A DNA stretch of 64,000 bases, from the NCBI RefSeq assembly GCF_964204645.1, contig NC_134026.1, positions 2,131,950 to 2,195,949 on the forward strand. Reading direction: 5' to 3'. The translations under genes were made by a program, and so were the position numbers. The DNA comes from Tubulanus polymorphus. Its lineage: Eukaryota > Animalia > Nemertea. The notes under the pieces are model-generated. The model made no database searches and was not told the DNA's origin. It worked only from the letters and a program-made list of their open reading frames with translations. Within the stretch, counting starts at the first letter, position 1. Every line of letters begins with the position of its first letter. Positions 1 to 14,980 of the stretch are shown piece by piece.

Positions 1-102
1 GACACCTGCTAAATTGATGAGTGTGAACAGGAATCTGAGGCGACAGTAGCACTTTTTATGTTGCCGCGACAATTTGTTTGATCGATGGTGGTTTTTGCGC
101 AT
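1..102 (-). CDS. Possible 5' start of a gene running off the left edge (basic N-terminus followed by hydrophobic stretch)
   Basis: ATG at 102-100 is open to base 1: MRKNHHRSNKLSRQHKKCYCRLRFLFTLINLAGV. Upstream minus-strand acceptor (ttttctttgttcag) at 1118-1119. No family recognised. Confidence 0.2.
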   Translation of the reverse strand, partial: MRKNHHRSNKLSRQHKKCYCRLRFLFTLINLAGV

Positions 103-3100
103 TTGTTTCAATATCACTGGATTCACGGGGACACGATATAAGAAATCATCTCGTGTTGGATTCTAGCCGCTTGACCACACGGTTTCGGTGAACAATACTG
201 AGCAATGGAAGCGGTGCGAATGCAGTGAAAGGATTCAACTGATGTCTTAACCATATATGAGCATTATACGAAAGCGACCGAAAGGGCGATTGGAAAAATA
301 CTGTTTATTTCTATTCCGCGGGATACGAACGTTCAATGAACCGAGGATATCGTGGTTAAACGGGCAGAAGTTACCGATAATGATGATCGTGTAATTCAGA
401 TCCTGATCTACTTTTTGGTTAAACCATCTCATGAATCGGCAATTTGACGCGCAACCATTGAATAAAGCGATGGTCATTGCCAGCATTAGCGGCGATGAAT
501 TCAACATCTTCGTGAATTACGAATAAGTCGCTAGTGTAGATAACGGCATTAAGAACGTACTTGCAAGCCGTTACTTCACCGTTCAACTTGAATCGGGCCT
601 TTCATGCTATTCGCTCGTGTTCGGTTTTTGTCTAATCAGATAACGCCGCATTTTCTCGTGTCAGTGTGAGAAAAAGAATCTATCCGCGCCGTGACGCATA
701 TTAAAAACACGATCCATTTAAACAGGCTGCGAACATATGAATGCAAAATGTCATGGGTGGACATTGACGAAGACATTCCCGTTCGCCGAATAGCAGCAAT
801 TATATCAACTGGTTGCTGAGCGCTTATTTCTTTCGTCACGATGACCGCGACAATGTGTACGATGGTGGAGAGCTCTTGTGGTTTGTAGATGAGTTCTTCA
901 CATGTAAATTGACGGCGCTCTTGCTGTCAAAGGTTGGATGAGAGTTTCATCTGAGAACATAATCAAATACGCAACTATAATTCATTGCCCTTTGTGACCT
1001 TTGTTAAAACAACCATAACGTGGAATCGGATTTTGAAGACCAGGTTTGAGTTTAGGTCAAAATATGGTCATCAAGCCGACCACCCTTGTTTTGATCGTAC
1101 AAGCAGACGACAAGTACCTGAACAAAGAAAATCCTTTTTCATCGCGATTTCGCTATAATTCACTGTCTATTCCATTTCTATTACGTCTATATGTTTGTTC
1201 TTCTAAGCAGCCATAATGAAAAAAAGCTTATCGGGATTGTTAGTTTCACTCTCAGTTGCAGAACTATTCAATTAACGGTTTACTCGAACATGTATCCGAT
1301 GTATAACGAGTAAGCCATCACCTGAGCTGGTCTTTTTTGTCTCTTTATCATTAGATAGATTCTAACAAGACGGGGAGTCGCAAGGGATAATTGCTTTTCA
1401 TGTAGGAAATCAATTTAACACGGTGACTTATCGAGAACTTGTCAGGACATATAATAACAGCTAAGCGTCTGCAGTGACACTGAATTCCGTGCTGTGAATA
1501 CAATCTCCTGTAAAGCGATATTCTAAATGGGATTTTTTTTCTGGCCAGCGTAAAAATCCTCGATCTCTGACGTATCAACGGAAAAATAATTCACACAGGG
1601 CCTAGTACGCATTCTTTCAAATTGATGGAAAACGTAAAATCAACCGTTATACAGATCGGAAAATCGGCACAAATTTGAAAGTTTGAAAATAACGAAAAAC
1701 GGTTAGAAGAAGACAGTACAAAATGATTGAGCAAAGCTAGTTTCATATCATTAAATCAAAAATAACAAAGGCGTTGTCTCTCACGGTTAGAATAGAAAGA
1801 TTTGTTTTGGTATTTCATGACATTTCGAGATCGTGTTACAACTTGCAGCGCAAATATTTCAGAGGAAAGCTTTCGGTTAATTAAAAAATACACAAAACGA
1901 TCGCGCGAAGCTTCGAAGAAAACCGAACACCGTTGACCTTTCACGCAAGAAAATGATGAAACAACAAAAAATCTTCTCCACTCGCCGATTTTGATCGGTT
2001 GTAAAAAAACTGCCTTGAATCTCGGCGTGTTATTTCATGGAATGAGGAGGATACCGACTGAAATATGTCTGATTGATCATCCTTGTGCTGTATTGCTGCG
2101 GCGAGACAAGAAAACCTCAAGTTCACTTCAAATATAGCTAGCAGCCACTGCCGTCTTTTAATCGAAGTTGCGAAGAGTTTAAGTGCGCACTAATGGCACA
2201 TTTCACGATTAACCGACAGCGTCTCAACGCGATAAGAATGCGATAGCAATTCGAACTCGGTTTTCGCACGATTTTGACAAATGCTCCGGGAATTTCGGGC
2301 TACACCAAAGTAGCGTCGAGAACTTTCGTTTTTATTTTTTCAATGGAATTTGATATCCTGTTAGAGAAGATTGATAATTATCTCGTGTTCAATTAATCGT
2401 TATTTCATTTGTTCGAATGTGTGTTATGCGCTTGATCGGGGATGTGAATAAGGAAATGAAGTTCACAAAATGTAATTACTACCGATATCGTATTTCACGT
2501 AACCTGTCACTAGCAGCAGATCGCTGTCAACTGAAGAAATGTTTACCTCCTGTTCCACGCTCGCAGTTGATTAATAAGGGCGGCTCCGACAGTAAAATTG
2601 TTTAAATCTACTCTCAAGTATCCGGGGTCGATATGTTTTTCTAGCTTTCACAAAAAGTCCGTCGCAGATTCGATCGATAACTGATTGATATTCGGTCGGT
2701 GTTTGCATCGGTAATTTACTCTCATTATGTTCTTTCTAAGGCTGAAATTAAAGCTGTTTTTCCACGAGATGAATCGCGTGTTTATTCCCCGCAGCAACTG
2801 TTTGATTGAAACCACATCGGTTTTCGTCAGCAAAAACCAGAATACGAGAGAGAAATCCCACTGCGAAAAATACTATTTGAAATTTATTCATTATACCACA
2901 CAATATTGACGTAGAACACGCCTGATTTTTTTTACGTAGACGCGACGTTCAGCGGGTTTATTAACCTCCTCCAACGAGGTCTAATTCTCTACGGCCCAAC
3001 GTATGAAACCCGATATGATTCGCTAAATTGTTTTATACGCGCGGTGATGCTAAATCGAATTTACTCAGGGGACCGATGCACGAGGGGAAATCATCCCTGA

Positions 3101-3358
3101 AGCCAATTCTACCGATGATTCAACCAACAGGTGAAGAAAATAAACCAATAACCTTCTACTGAATCTCCTGAACCTGACCTTTTTTTCAGCGATAACTTTC
3201 GCAGTAATTCGCAGAACCTTTTCGATCTCATCTTAACATCATTCGAACTCTATCATAACCTAGCGCTAGTATTCTTCGCAATCAGATCGAAAAAAAGGGT
3301 TTTGGTAAGATGTATATGGAGTTATTTTAGACATGAAATTGTTTTAAAACTACTATAC

Positions 3359-3560
3359 CTGATTTCAAAGTAACGACGAATGCGAACGTGTAAAATCCTG
3401 CTAAATTCCTCGGTTTGTTTAGTTTGTTGTTGGTACGTGGTGTTTGGTTTCGTGAGTACAAATTTCGTGTCGGATGCACCGATTTGTCTGTAACGCTATT
3501 CGAACGCTGCAACGCTGCTACTGGTGATGAACGCTTGACGCGGCTTTTATAGCGTGACGT
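3359..3560 (-). promoter_or_regulatory. Candidate TATA promoter with non-coding first exon
   Basis: Minus-strand TATAAAA at 3551-3545 next to ACGTCA (CRE half site); CCAGT Inr-like motif about 30 nt downstream; donor AG|GTATAG at 3358. Confidence 0.3.
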
Positions 3561-3659
3561 ATACCACTCACTCGCACCGAGTTAAACGTACGGAAACAAT
3601 ACACTGGACGGCGGCGGAGTTGTTTTAATACCCGTTATACAGATTTTTGTTTTATCTGA

Positions 3660-3890
3660 CGCCGTAACAATAAGTTTATATACATTGATAACTATGTATG
3701 CGTTGATTAAGGGGTTCTGTATGAGTCTATGTGCACTACGTCATCAATATTGGCGTTTCAAAATAACTATTACAATACACTGTATTTTGTGATTTAATTT
3801 CATAACTTTTATTTCATTTTTCATGAATTTTGATAATTATTTGTTTGGAGAGGATGTTCACTACGTCATCAATATATCGGGGCTATAGAC
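3660..3890. repeat. Dispersed repeat family A, copy 1
   Basis: Two internal direct copies of CACTACGTCATCAATA (~3735 and ~3859); reverse complement aligns with 17563-17780. Confidence 0.75.
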
Positions 3891-6800
3891 ATAGCGAACA
3901 TCGGATCGGAATAAGTCGACTGTCAAACCGGATGTTATTAATCAACAGTTTTTTTTGCTGATTTGTAAAGATATCCATCCGGTAGCGCGCACGGAAATTA
4001 AAATTGCATTTATCATTTTCTGCATATACGAAAATATACAAATCAAATCGGGAGAAAATTATTCATCATTCATTGGTCGAATTTCTGACGAGTATCTCAT
4101 CAAAAAGGATGAAAAATTAACTCAAATTACATTTCCTTCCTTGCTTCCTCCTCACAAGACGCTTCCGCAACCAACCCTCGTTGACATGTTGAATGTAGTG
4201 GCTTCTTTAGAGTTATACTGCATACTGTTTCCGAATATAACTGCACCTTTCAATCATAAGCTTCCTAATTGTGGAATTAATTTCCGGATATTCTTCATGA
4301 GGATACACAACGAGCTACTGATTTCACAATGAACGAGTATCAGGTATACGGCATATATTTGGTTCATTCATATTACAAGCATTCGTCCAGGCGGCCGTGA
4401 CGGTATATTCATCGAAATTACGCATACATTTTTAAAAAGATTGTTCAGCAACCATTTTGCATGGTTACGCGGGTTGAAAGTCTGCTGTTAAATTATTCAT
4501 ATTCAGCTAATTTTGTCTCTACTGTACTGTCAAACTTTACCGACTGCTGTGAAAATGGGTAAATTTGAATGTTATGATGCAAATCTATCGGTGCAGCGAT
4601 TAATCTGCGCTTCGATTGAAATAATTTAGTCCAATTTGCAAGAAAAATTTCATGTTAGATATCAATCTGCAACATCAGCTAAACCACGCGGTTCGAGCGT
4701 ATCATAGATGATATTATGACGACGTAATGAGCAGTAGATATATAGTCCGTCGTCAAAATTAGTTCATTTTCAATAAGCTTTGAATTGAATTTTTTGACTC
4801 CCGAATCCGTATACAATACTTTCATTCCTATACTCGGATATTGGTATTTAGTTGTCATAAATGATTGATTCATTTATGAAAGAGGTTCATTCAGATTTAG
4901 TTCCGATGTAGAAGAAATCGAACGAAGGACGACCAAGCGAAACTGGCGGATCCTCGCCTGCCATACATGGAATCCTCGATTGCCAGAGTAACACCGCGGG
5001 TAACCCTTTGTTTAAAGATCTGGTAGACTAACACGTCTTATTTACCTGTTGATGGATTCTGCCTTAATGGACAAACAAATTCATCAACATGAGCTGTCGC
5101 ACAAGCGATTCTTTTTTCTCCATAAGAGAACAGCGCAGATCTCAGTCACTTCAGTCACGAAACTATGATCCCTTGGTAAAAGCTGGTCATCTGACAATTA
5201 CCGTCTTTGCTCGTTATTTTGATACCATTCTGAACGCTGGAAATTACCCTGAGGCTAATTTGAAGACGTGCCATCCCGGTTTTATTAGCTGTTCGGCACA
5301 ACAGTTACAGACTAACAGTAAATTGGCTTTATCAGCAGACAGTCGCAACCAGAGGTAGAAAAACCGAAACGGTTTCGCGTCTTTGAAGTCAGAGTAATTG
5401 TATTTACACGGGTGCGGCTATTCTCAATATTGTGATTATTGTTGACTTTAAATATTTCCAGCATGTGTACTGCCCTTTTCATAATCTAAATGATCAACTC
5501 AGAGAATGTTCTATACCAGCCTTTTATATTTGACATGGGTTATTTCCTGCGACTTGCCATTTTCGAAAGAAGCTTTAGTAATTTGGTTAGTTTCAGATGA
5601 AATGATTTATATAGTCGTTTTGACGCGACGGTAACCCCATCGCAGACGGTTACAAGATGGCTTCAAGCTTATCGCAACTTTTTCCCTCAATCGTCTATCA
5701 ATTTCGAAATTGATGTAATTACGAAATATTTCAACGGCGAATTTTCGCACAAAATCTCTCTTAATAACGACACGATGAATAATGAATAACCTTTGTACAT
5801 GGATTGGGATCAAAGTACGACATAAATTCCTCGCTGAAACCTTGTTTGCTGCTCCTAACAGTCACGTAAAATCTCAAATAGCCGTCTGTGGAACACACTG
5901 CGCAGTAACTATAGTTTAATTCCAGATTTTCACGCTATGATAGATGATAACTGATAATGCACATGTCACCGATAACGATACATAAGAGAATTCGATTGTA
6001 ATTCACATAAATTATTGACTATCCGTTTCGATTGCCTGATTTCATATTTATAACACTTGAGGGATTCATTTTTCAACTTCGCATGGTCTCTAAATCGTGA
6101 CTACGTGTCAGCATTAATACTGGAACTCCTGCAAAAATTTAGTTCATTATTTTGAGCCAGAGCTAGAGAAATATGTTGTTTGCTTATTATTATTGATGTC
6201 CTTCAGGCTGTCAAACTGGTTACTTCGGATATTTACACAGTGGCTTGTTGAAGCCGGTGTTTTTTTCGATGGAAAGATCTTGTAACCGCGGTTTTTCTGT
6301 GATACTCGAACAGCGCTTCGAGACCGGAGCAACTACGTGTGAAACAGTATAGATAATTTCATCGAAATAATTCCATCGATACAGTTTTCGATGAACACCG
6401 ATGGAGCGCGATATCATTTCGATACTAGCACATGAGTATCAATGGCATTGAACTTATCGGAGGCCACTGACGATACTTTGACCGCGGGGAAAATTCGTTC
6501 GAAGTTTGTCCACATCGACGTCTCTCCTTTCCTTTGGGCCGGAGATTATGTGTCAATGAAAAGCATTGTAACCCGGGCCAAATATATAGATTTTTGATCA
6601 ATGGATCTGCATCAGAGAAGTGAGATGCGTTGTAAGAGGTATCGCAAATCGTAGCTTATCAAAACAGCATCACCTCAACAAGTCTGGATTTAGAAGTATA
6701 TTTTGATTAGACACCTAGCTGCTGGAGTTGGTGGAGTTCTTAACGCATAACTGGAAATTTTTTCTTCATTTTGTGCCAATTATCAGTCTTTACCTCGTGG

Positions 6801-9800
6801 GGTTAAATTTAGCCTGCTATTCAACCATAAGTTATGACCCCGAAGAAATGATCATAACAACTGGGTCTAGAGAATCCATTAGCATTTAGAAATCTCACTG
6901 CATGCGTCGAGACCCTGAACATGTCAATCGAATGATCGAATATTGACAACTCGGTATATTTCTATCAAACAGTTGCTTCATATCGACATGCGCCGCCGAT
7001 TGACAATTTAATTTGTCATATTCATCATTCAAGTCAACATCCCTTGTAAACTGACATCGAGAAAAGTCTTGGAAATATGAACTTCCTATCGCGAGACCTC
7101 TTAACAACCGTATAGCGCGAGGTTTTGTGGGCGCTAGCGACGGATACGCTGGTGTTTTTGACATGGTTTTAAGTAAAGATTGGTGCAGTAAGCCGAACGC
7201 TGATTAACTTAACGTATAGTACTTAGATAGAGAAGATGGGTTTCACCCAGGAGGATATTCTCTCGGGCATCTGTCGTGATGGAACCAAATGAATTGACTA
7301 ATGGAACATTGTTTGATCAAAGGTGAAAGGCAAAGTTCCATTTGCAGATAGTCCATCATATAATTAACCACTACTGCTTGTCCATTAGTCCCGCTACTCG
7401 AATTTATAGTGATGATAATATAATTAGCATCTTCAAATTGATAACATTGATTAGTCGCTGAAATTTGAATGGCCTTCGTGTTCACGTGTGATGAATACGT
7501 GCGATGAATCTATGAATTGTTCATTAAAATCTATGTAATAGAATCATATATAAATGATGATGGGGAAAATGAGTATATCTACATTGTAAAATATATCGAT
7601 AACTATTTTTTTCTGAAGTCTGGAAAGCCCGATAGAAATGTCAGTAATGATTGAAATAATTGAAAACCACATAATACGGTGACTAGAATCTTCCAAGCAA
7701 CGAAAATTACTGTCAAATCACAATGAACCAGTGGTGATTTAACAAACATATATTCGTCATAAAGTGCGCGTTGATATGATACTTTTCACGAAAACTGCGA
7801 TGTATGAAGGACACTTTATGTGGTATATAAGTGGGAAAATAACACTCTAAATATCCGCCGCCGCCTTCGCCTACGTTTTTTTTCGGTTGTTTCTTTTTTT
7901 TAAAGGGTGGTGAATATGACCATGACATAGCTGTCTGTATTTAGCTTTTACGGCGGAGTATCGAAAAAATAGTGTGGATTTTTGAAATATCTAAATAAAA
8001 CCATGCATATTTCTAACAGAAACGATGATTAGAGGAGGATTTCAGTCAGCGGCAAAAGAAAATTTGTTATTTCTACCACAGTAATGTACTACATTTCTCA
8101 CTATTGGTTCAAACATTTTGGACACTCATTGGAGGAGAAATCCTAGCGGGAATTAGTTCTAATGGTAATCAGAATACGGATTTATTGGTCACGAAAATGT
8201 GTGACTAATCAATCTAGGAATAAATATGAGGTTATTTGGGTACGTTCGTCCAGTACTATAGAGAAGATATATCGCCTGATGAATGCGATTACGAGAATAA
8301 GAGATACATTGATGAAAATTGCTGTGAATAAAACAACGACTTAATGGCAATGCGACACATATCCTAAACTGGCAAGCACATATCTGATTACAAACAAATA
8401 TCAGATGACGCTTGTATCCCATAAGGAGCGCACGAGTTGGTTGTTCGATATAAAACCTGCGCTCAGTTAATAGCAGTTTAAGAAAGAGTTACTTTATTGT
8501 CGGTGAAACTAAAACCGAAATACAGCTTCACACTTATTGAGAAATGTGTAAAGAGCAAATATAGTCGTGAGAAGAAAATGTAATAGAAACGGTTAAGTAG
8601 AAAAAAAGCGTCGCAATTCTGTGAGTAATTGATCTATGATCGGCTAGATTGATAGTTGCTTAAAGCAGCGCCGTCCGGCTCATTCTTAACGATCATACAT
8701 GGACCTCCGGTTTTACTTAAGCAAACTCATTTTCTGATATTCCTGCTTCAAGAGACACAATATCACCCGATACGATATAGTTGTCTAGATGATTTAGCGT
8801 TAAATGATATGTTTGATAGATGGCCGAAATGAACTACTAGCGCGGCTATTTCTAGAGCTTCAAACGATACGAGAACTTTACAGGATAAAGTACCACAAAG
8901 CCGATATCGTATGACAACGCTGCATGCTGCAAGGGTCATTTGTGGTGGTTTGAGTACTTGTATATATTTCGTTTTATAGAGCACCATTAGTGATGTCACT
9001 CGAAAGACGTGCCGAGCCGTTCCGGACAATATTCAAGCATCGGTAGATTTTTAGAACTTCCGACTTTTAATCGAGCCTGAAAATATCAATCATTGACGTT
9101 ACAATATGCCACTTCTCGGAGCGTCTCCCTCGGGTAAGGTGTGACCTTTAGTTCCAAATACTGACATTAATGTAGACTCGTGATAAGGAATTCAATTTAT
9201 TCAGCGGATCCAACTGGCATTTTGTTAATCTACGTGTGCAAACACATCGACAACAAAGTACATGCTGCACAATCTACTATATCATGAAATTATCGCTAAC
9301 TTGCAGAGATTACTTATTTCTTAAATTGTTGTATGGAGAATGAGGGATGTTGTTCCAGACGTTTGGGAAATCTGACCGATGCAATATGCACGTTTTGCGC
9401 TTGGGTCTAAATGTCTACCTACTTCAATATATCCACACAGTCAAGCCTGTTAAGATCCCTTCAACATCTTGACTGGCAGTAGCTCCGATAATGGGAACAT
9501 AACGCAGCGAAATAGACGGTCAACTTGGTACATGCGCGTACGTCGTTACCAAGAAATTGCGTTGGAAAACAATCACTATGAGGATTTATGTTCCCGTTAA
9601 TGAAGACTAAAATACAGCGATTTATAAAACTACAGCATGTGGACCTCTTAATATTCGTCACAATACACTCAACAGAATAGTAAAAATAGCCAGACTCCCA
9701 TTTTTTTCCCCAGTATTCCATGACATTTAGCAATGTGACTGTGTTGAATATATCACTAGCACTATACACGAACTACTTTCATTCCCCTGGTTATAATTAA

Positions 9801-11165
9801 TACGTTCGCGCATGAAAAGAGACCTTTTAGTAAATTGAGGAAGCACTATTTCTTGCTCGATGGCAGGCGCGATACATTATGTTTTGTTCGCCTTGGCTAT
9901 AGACACCTGTCAAATTATGATCTAATTAGCCAACGCCCATTTGAGATTTGTTTTCTTACAATGGACGGCGCTGCAAATTCGGATTAATAATACACAGCGC
10001 TTGTATAAAAATGGCAAATCAAGCTCTCACAAAATGTCACGTAAAGCTGAAATATCGACATGGAAATGAATGTGAATAGAATGTGAACATGATTTTCGTG
10101 TTCGGTCACATTATTCACAGCATCGTTAGAATATCAGTACCGGGTGTTTGTGGAAAATTAGTTAGTTTCCTAATCGTTGGTGGTAAGCTTTTTATAATCG
10201 GATGGGCTTATACCAACGTTAGGGATGACAAGGACCAAAACACGGTTGAAAAAAGTAACACTTCAAAAATATACTTTCTATCCACTTCAGTCCACAATTA
10301 ATGGCTTAATTCACAAACTAACACAGGTACCTTTCGAAATAATCCAATTCTATGTATGTTTCGAGTGATTAATCAACATTATTTTGAGAAATTAATTAAT
10401 TTCCTTACAAATTTCGCCATTGGCCGCCATTTCTCTGTATTGCACATGTGGCATGATAAGACAAGGGGACCTACAAGGATTTAGATAAAACTTTCAAGAC
10501 GAAACGACAATTTTTATTTTTGATGGTTTTCCAACCTATATTTCAAATCTTCGTGTTTTCCATTATAAATAATGAAATAATAAATTCTGGTAAAAGAAAA
10601 ATGTGAATAAGTGTTGATTTCTTAATATTTTTCAATTTCGTCGTTTCGCTTCGTTAGTTTGTGCTGTTGTCCTGGCCTCAGTCCACAGGTGCCAGCACCT
10701 CCAGTAATTTTCAAAATGGCAGCTGTTGACTCTACGGAAATTTACTCTCACTTTACGGCCGATTTGCACATGGATTTAGATCGTCAGGTGAGGTGTTATA
10801 GGTATCAGACAAACTACGAATCTGTTGTGTGTCGATTACAACAAAAATTTGACGGATATCTTAAGAGACAATGAAATGCCAGGCAAATTACTCGTCAGTC
10901 AAATTGGCTGACGAAGATTTCATACAAAAATGACCTTCCCATTCCTGACTGTGGTTTGTGAAAATATCCGATCGTGAAACTAAACCACAGACAGGTTACT
11001 GACTAGTGGAAAAGGAGTCCAGAATCTATACTAGATTACAAAGAAAAAGAATTGTCGACTGATCAAATAAAACTGAATACACTTGAATTCATTATCTGAT
11101 TTATTTATCTCAACGTTATTCGCCGCTTAGCTAGCCACCCGAAAATCATACGCTCCCTCACGTTT

Positions 11166-12810
11166 TTAGCGGAAAATTACTGAAGTTATTGCAACGATGA
11201 CAAATACGGATAAGATAGAGGGCGTATCAGTGAGGGATGCAGCGTTGCGGGTGCGGTCGTTACAACCATCCTCTGAGCAGCAGAACGATTGCGAGTAAGT
11301 GGTGTTTGGTAGTTTGCCCTCTACACAGTCACTAGCACAGGCCCTATAAACAAACCAGTTTCCTGTGTCCTGATACGTAAAACCAATCTGAAACAAAGAC
11401 GATTATGGAGATAACTTGGTTGGATTATCCTCGCTTGCCAGGGCTTTGGTTGCCTGCGACGATTATGAATAGTTCACCAGTCGTTTCTATTGATCTCGCG
11501 GCTTTATAGAAACTGCGTGATTTATTTAGGAATATACCAACAAGAGTATCGACTAAGGAAACATATTTGCATATTCATACGGAAATAGATATTGGACGAG
11601 AATGTTTATTTTCTAGACACTTTTCCATACAATATGAGTATACTCATATGCTAAAGTACGTGTAATGATTAATATTTGTACACACGCCAAATTATGTATT
11701 TGTACACCTACATTCGTGATACCTTATAACACAACGGTGGACAAATATGAATTTATTTGATAACGCGAATATCGATGACATCGTTTCGTTGTCAGATGTG
11801 GAAATTCTCATGTTTTTTAAATGTGTTTTTCAACCAATGGTATAGCTCAGAAAAAGAGACGTCTAAAAGATCGTAAAGAATAGATTATCTGAATTTGGTT
11901 CTGAGTGAGATCTAGAGAGTTTGAAAGAGAAAAGAACTGTTTGAAATGAACTGATTTCAATTCGTTGATAAATAAGTGAAGCTCACGCAATATTGTAGCT
12001 TGTTTGTCAAGATTAAAACTTGTACAGGGGGAAAACGTTTACCTACCCCGCATGTATCGTTCGGATTTTGACAAAGTTGAGGGGATACTGTGACATTTGG
12101 ACTGGTAGCATTCTCACGTAAAAAGTCATCGATGAGACTTTCATTCGAACTGAGGTTTGAACGTAAAAACGTGCAGCCAACTGTCTGCTTTAAACCCATC
12201 TTCCTAACGTAGAGCAACGATGAACCTATCTCAGCGGCTGTCTGCTCTGTCAGATTGGAATCAGTCACACCGTAATAACAGTGATAACACGAAATTCCAT
12301 AACAACCTACATTCAAGAAAAAGATCAGTGATATTCGGATAGAATAGAATTCAGTAGAATCTTCGTTATTGAACTTAGATATAGCAGCAGAAATCTAGGC
12401 TTAATCCATATTGAGATGATTTGGTTAATTTTCATACTAAATCTCTGAGTCACGTTTAGCTTGTTTCATTAAAAAGTATACAGGGTCTTGTTCCACATTC
12501 CGAGTTGAGATTTGACTCTGAGTTAACCCATTGAAAATGAACTAACTTTTTAACTCACAACTGTGGAACTGGGTCCAGAAGTGTAATATGAATAACTCTA
12601 TCTTCTTGGCAATTTCTTCTCTGAGATAATAACTAATAGGAAACTATAACGACATGAGCGGTGTCGGTGCGCTTCAGTTTTCTTCGTCGTTCTTACTTTC
12701 CGAAGAATTTCTCCCTCAAATTTTTCAATTCGCAAAACTTTTCGTTTATACATACCAGAAATGACCCCAACGAGGGTAATCGCTAAACCGAATATAATCT
12801 TGGACGCCAT
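11166..12810 (-). CDS. Ly6/uPAR (three-finger, quiver/sleepless-like) GPI-anchored protein, 3 exons, ~178 aa
   Basis: Exons 12810-12756, 12306-12047, 11387-11166 with GT-AG and consistent phase. Signal peptide MASKIIFGLAITLVGVISG, CYHC start, 10 Cys ending CCSEDGCN, hydrophobic C-terminal GPI-type tail. Confidence 0.85.
12481..12578. mobile_element. Short MITE-like inverted-repeat element in Ly6 intron 1
   Basis: GTTCCACA...TGTGGAACTGGGTCCAG imperfect termini; related termini at 59816-59887 and 63781-63921. Confidence 0.55.
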
Positions 12811-14789
12811 CTCGTTATTCTAAAATGTTGAAAATGAACCGGCACCTGTGTGGCTGGATTCAATACTACTCGGTTTAACGCTGATAACCGCTTTACATTT
12901 TAGTATGTGAGACAAAGTCATATGTTTTATCAGAGACAAAATCAATCAAAATATATATAGTTATCTTACTAACTACAGCTTTTTAAAATCGCGGTGTTTC
13001 AATGTTTTCCCTTTTCAGTCAATTTTGTAAACGCTGATACAAGCAATAAACTCGCTTGATCTGTACTTTCGTTATTCTAAGGAAAATCACATCCCCGGGA
13101 GACGTCAGCGACTTCGTCGTTTGAGCGCGGTAAGTGCATCAACTCTACGAGTAACCAAATCTAAGAGGTAATTAGGAGTTATGTAGCGAGCGCCAACGGG
13201 CTTGAAAACTATACGACAGATACTTTATGATAAAAACCCTGAAACCCACGCGGACTCGAGTCGTAGTACGTACGTACATTTTAGCAGTGGACAGAATTAC
13301 ACGATTATCACATTCTTCGCATCGCGAGAAATCGATGATGAAATTACTTGCGCATAAAGATTCTTAACATGGCTGTAATCTTTGTATTTCCCTATTATAC
13401 ATTTATCAGGGGATTTAGGATTGAGACGAATGCGTTCTGACGATTAATTTTCATACTCGTTGAACGGAAACAACTTTCGACTTCCTCTCGAGAGACCGCG
13501 TTCGACTCGCTTATCTAATTCGCGATTCTAGTTCAGTCAGCACGTTTCGCCGGAGCGAAAACCGGATTTTACGGCGAATTAACGCCGAAGATTTCTCTCA
13601 TTAAATGTAAAACTAGGAAACTCATTAGACGGTAAACAATGAAGCTATCTCTCGTTCTCCCGGGTGACATTCCGCATCAACAGATTAATATAGCATCGAA
13701 TTACTGGTCTATCTGACACAATAAAACACCGAGTGAAACAGAAAACCATCAGTAATTAAATTATCGCTAACAGCTTTTTTACACGTCGAATTATCTGCAT
13801 GTTGAATCTGCCGAGATTAAGTCATAACGTATTAATGATTTACGTCGCCTCGGGGACATTTTTCGATAAGTTGATTCTAATGGATTCTTCTCTCCAAACG
13901 CTCGAGTAACTACTGTACGTTAGGCCTATGGAGATCAGAGATATTACATCGCATCGAAAAATACCAACTCATCAAAGTTGTTTTTAGCCTCATGTCTTCA
14001 AAAGAAACTCGAACACGAAGTGATCATAGAACCCTATGGGTCTACTATAGAACGACAGATCAGAGACCAAAACACTCATGAATTCTTGATGTCAACTCTT
14101 TAGTGAAGTGTCTGTAACAGGAAATGATTTCGTGATCAGTGCTTTTCAACGTCAAGTAGAAGCTCATCAGAAACACATTCGTCCGAAAGGCTTAATCAAC
14201 AAAGTCAATTGGTCTGACTGCCAGTAGTTACATTAGGACACAATATATATCTATGTACCCATGACGTATATGCTTAAATAAATATATCTAAGGTATTGTA
14301 TGTGTGTATACATGTACAGGTTATGGCGCAAAAAAAACGGTAAACGCTCATTAGCGATTCAACACATTCATTTTGCATAGTTCGTGACACGAACAATAAG
14401 TTGCTTGATGATCAATGAGAAATAATGGTTCCCTTGGTAATCTAATTGCCTTTCTGATCTGATGGGTTGTTGTTAAATGATTAATCAACAATTCCCATCG
14501 GATAATTAAGTTAACAGGATCGAAGATCCTTTCGTTTTAGGTTAGACGACCGGCAGTTGTAAATAGATAATGTCTGCTGAATAAAGCAGGAAAGAAACGT
14601 GCTCAGAATATATTGATATATCTGCAAAAAAATCATTTCGGTGTTTCATTTCTCTTCTAGGAAAAATGACGAACTTGATCGACGGGTTAGCGTTTCACGG
14701 TTGAATTTCGCATTTAAAAAGGAAGCGGTCAACAGAGGCTGTAGTGCGTGAGACGTTGTTCCTGGCGACACTTTATCACACTGTCTCGT

Positions 14790-14980
14790 GCTCTCTCATT
14801 CCAGAGAACTCACGAATCGATCAAAAATCGGTTATTCTTAAGATTCCAGATATAGATTCACGACGAGTTCATCCGCCTCGCCAGGTATAGACATCAACGA
14901 TGCTATTTTAGTGCTGAACTGCATCGTCCAGAATTTGGGTTCGAATCCTCGAAAAAAGCATTTCACAAAACGAACGAACG
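14790..14980 (+). repeat. Dispersed repeat family B, copy 1 (SINE-like, B-box)
   Basis: Co-linear similarity with 19152-19330 (ctctcatt..gagaa, attct.aagattcca, ccgcct..ccagg, cgatgct, aatttgggttcgaa.cct); GGTTCGAATCC at 14938-14948. Confidence 0.6.

Noticed and set aside
247-11000. Many 60-125 aa ORFs (likewise in 13-22 kb and 62 kb)
   Set aside because: No recognisable motifs or consistent exon chains; expected by chance.
14930-14950. tRNA gene suggested by B-box (also 19289 and 60210)
   Set aside because: No cloverleaf or correctly spaced A-box.
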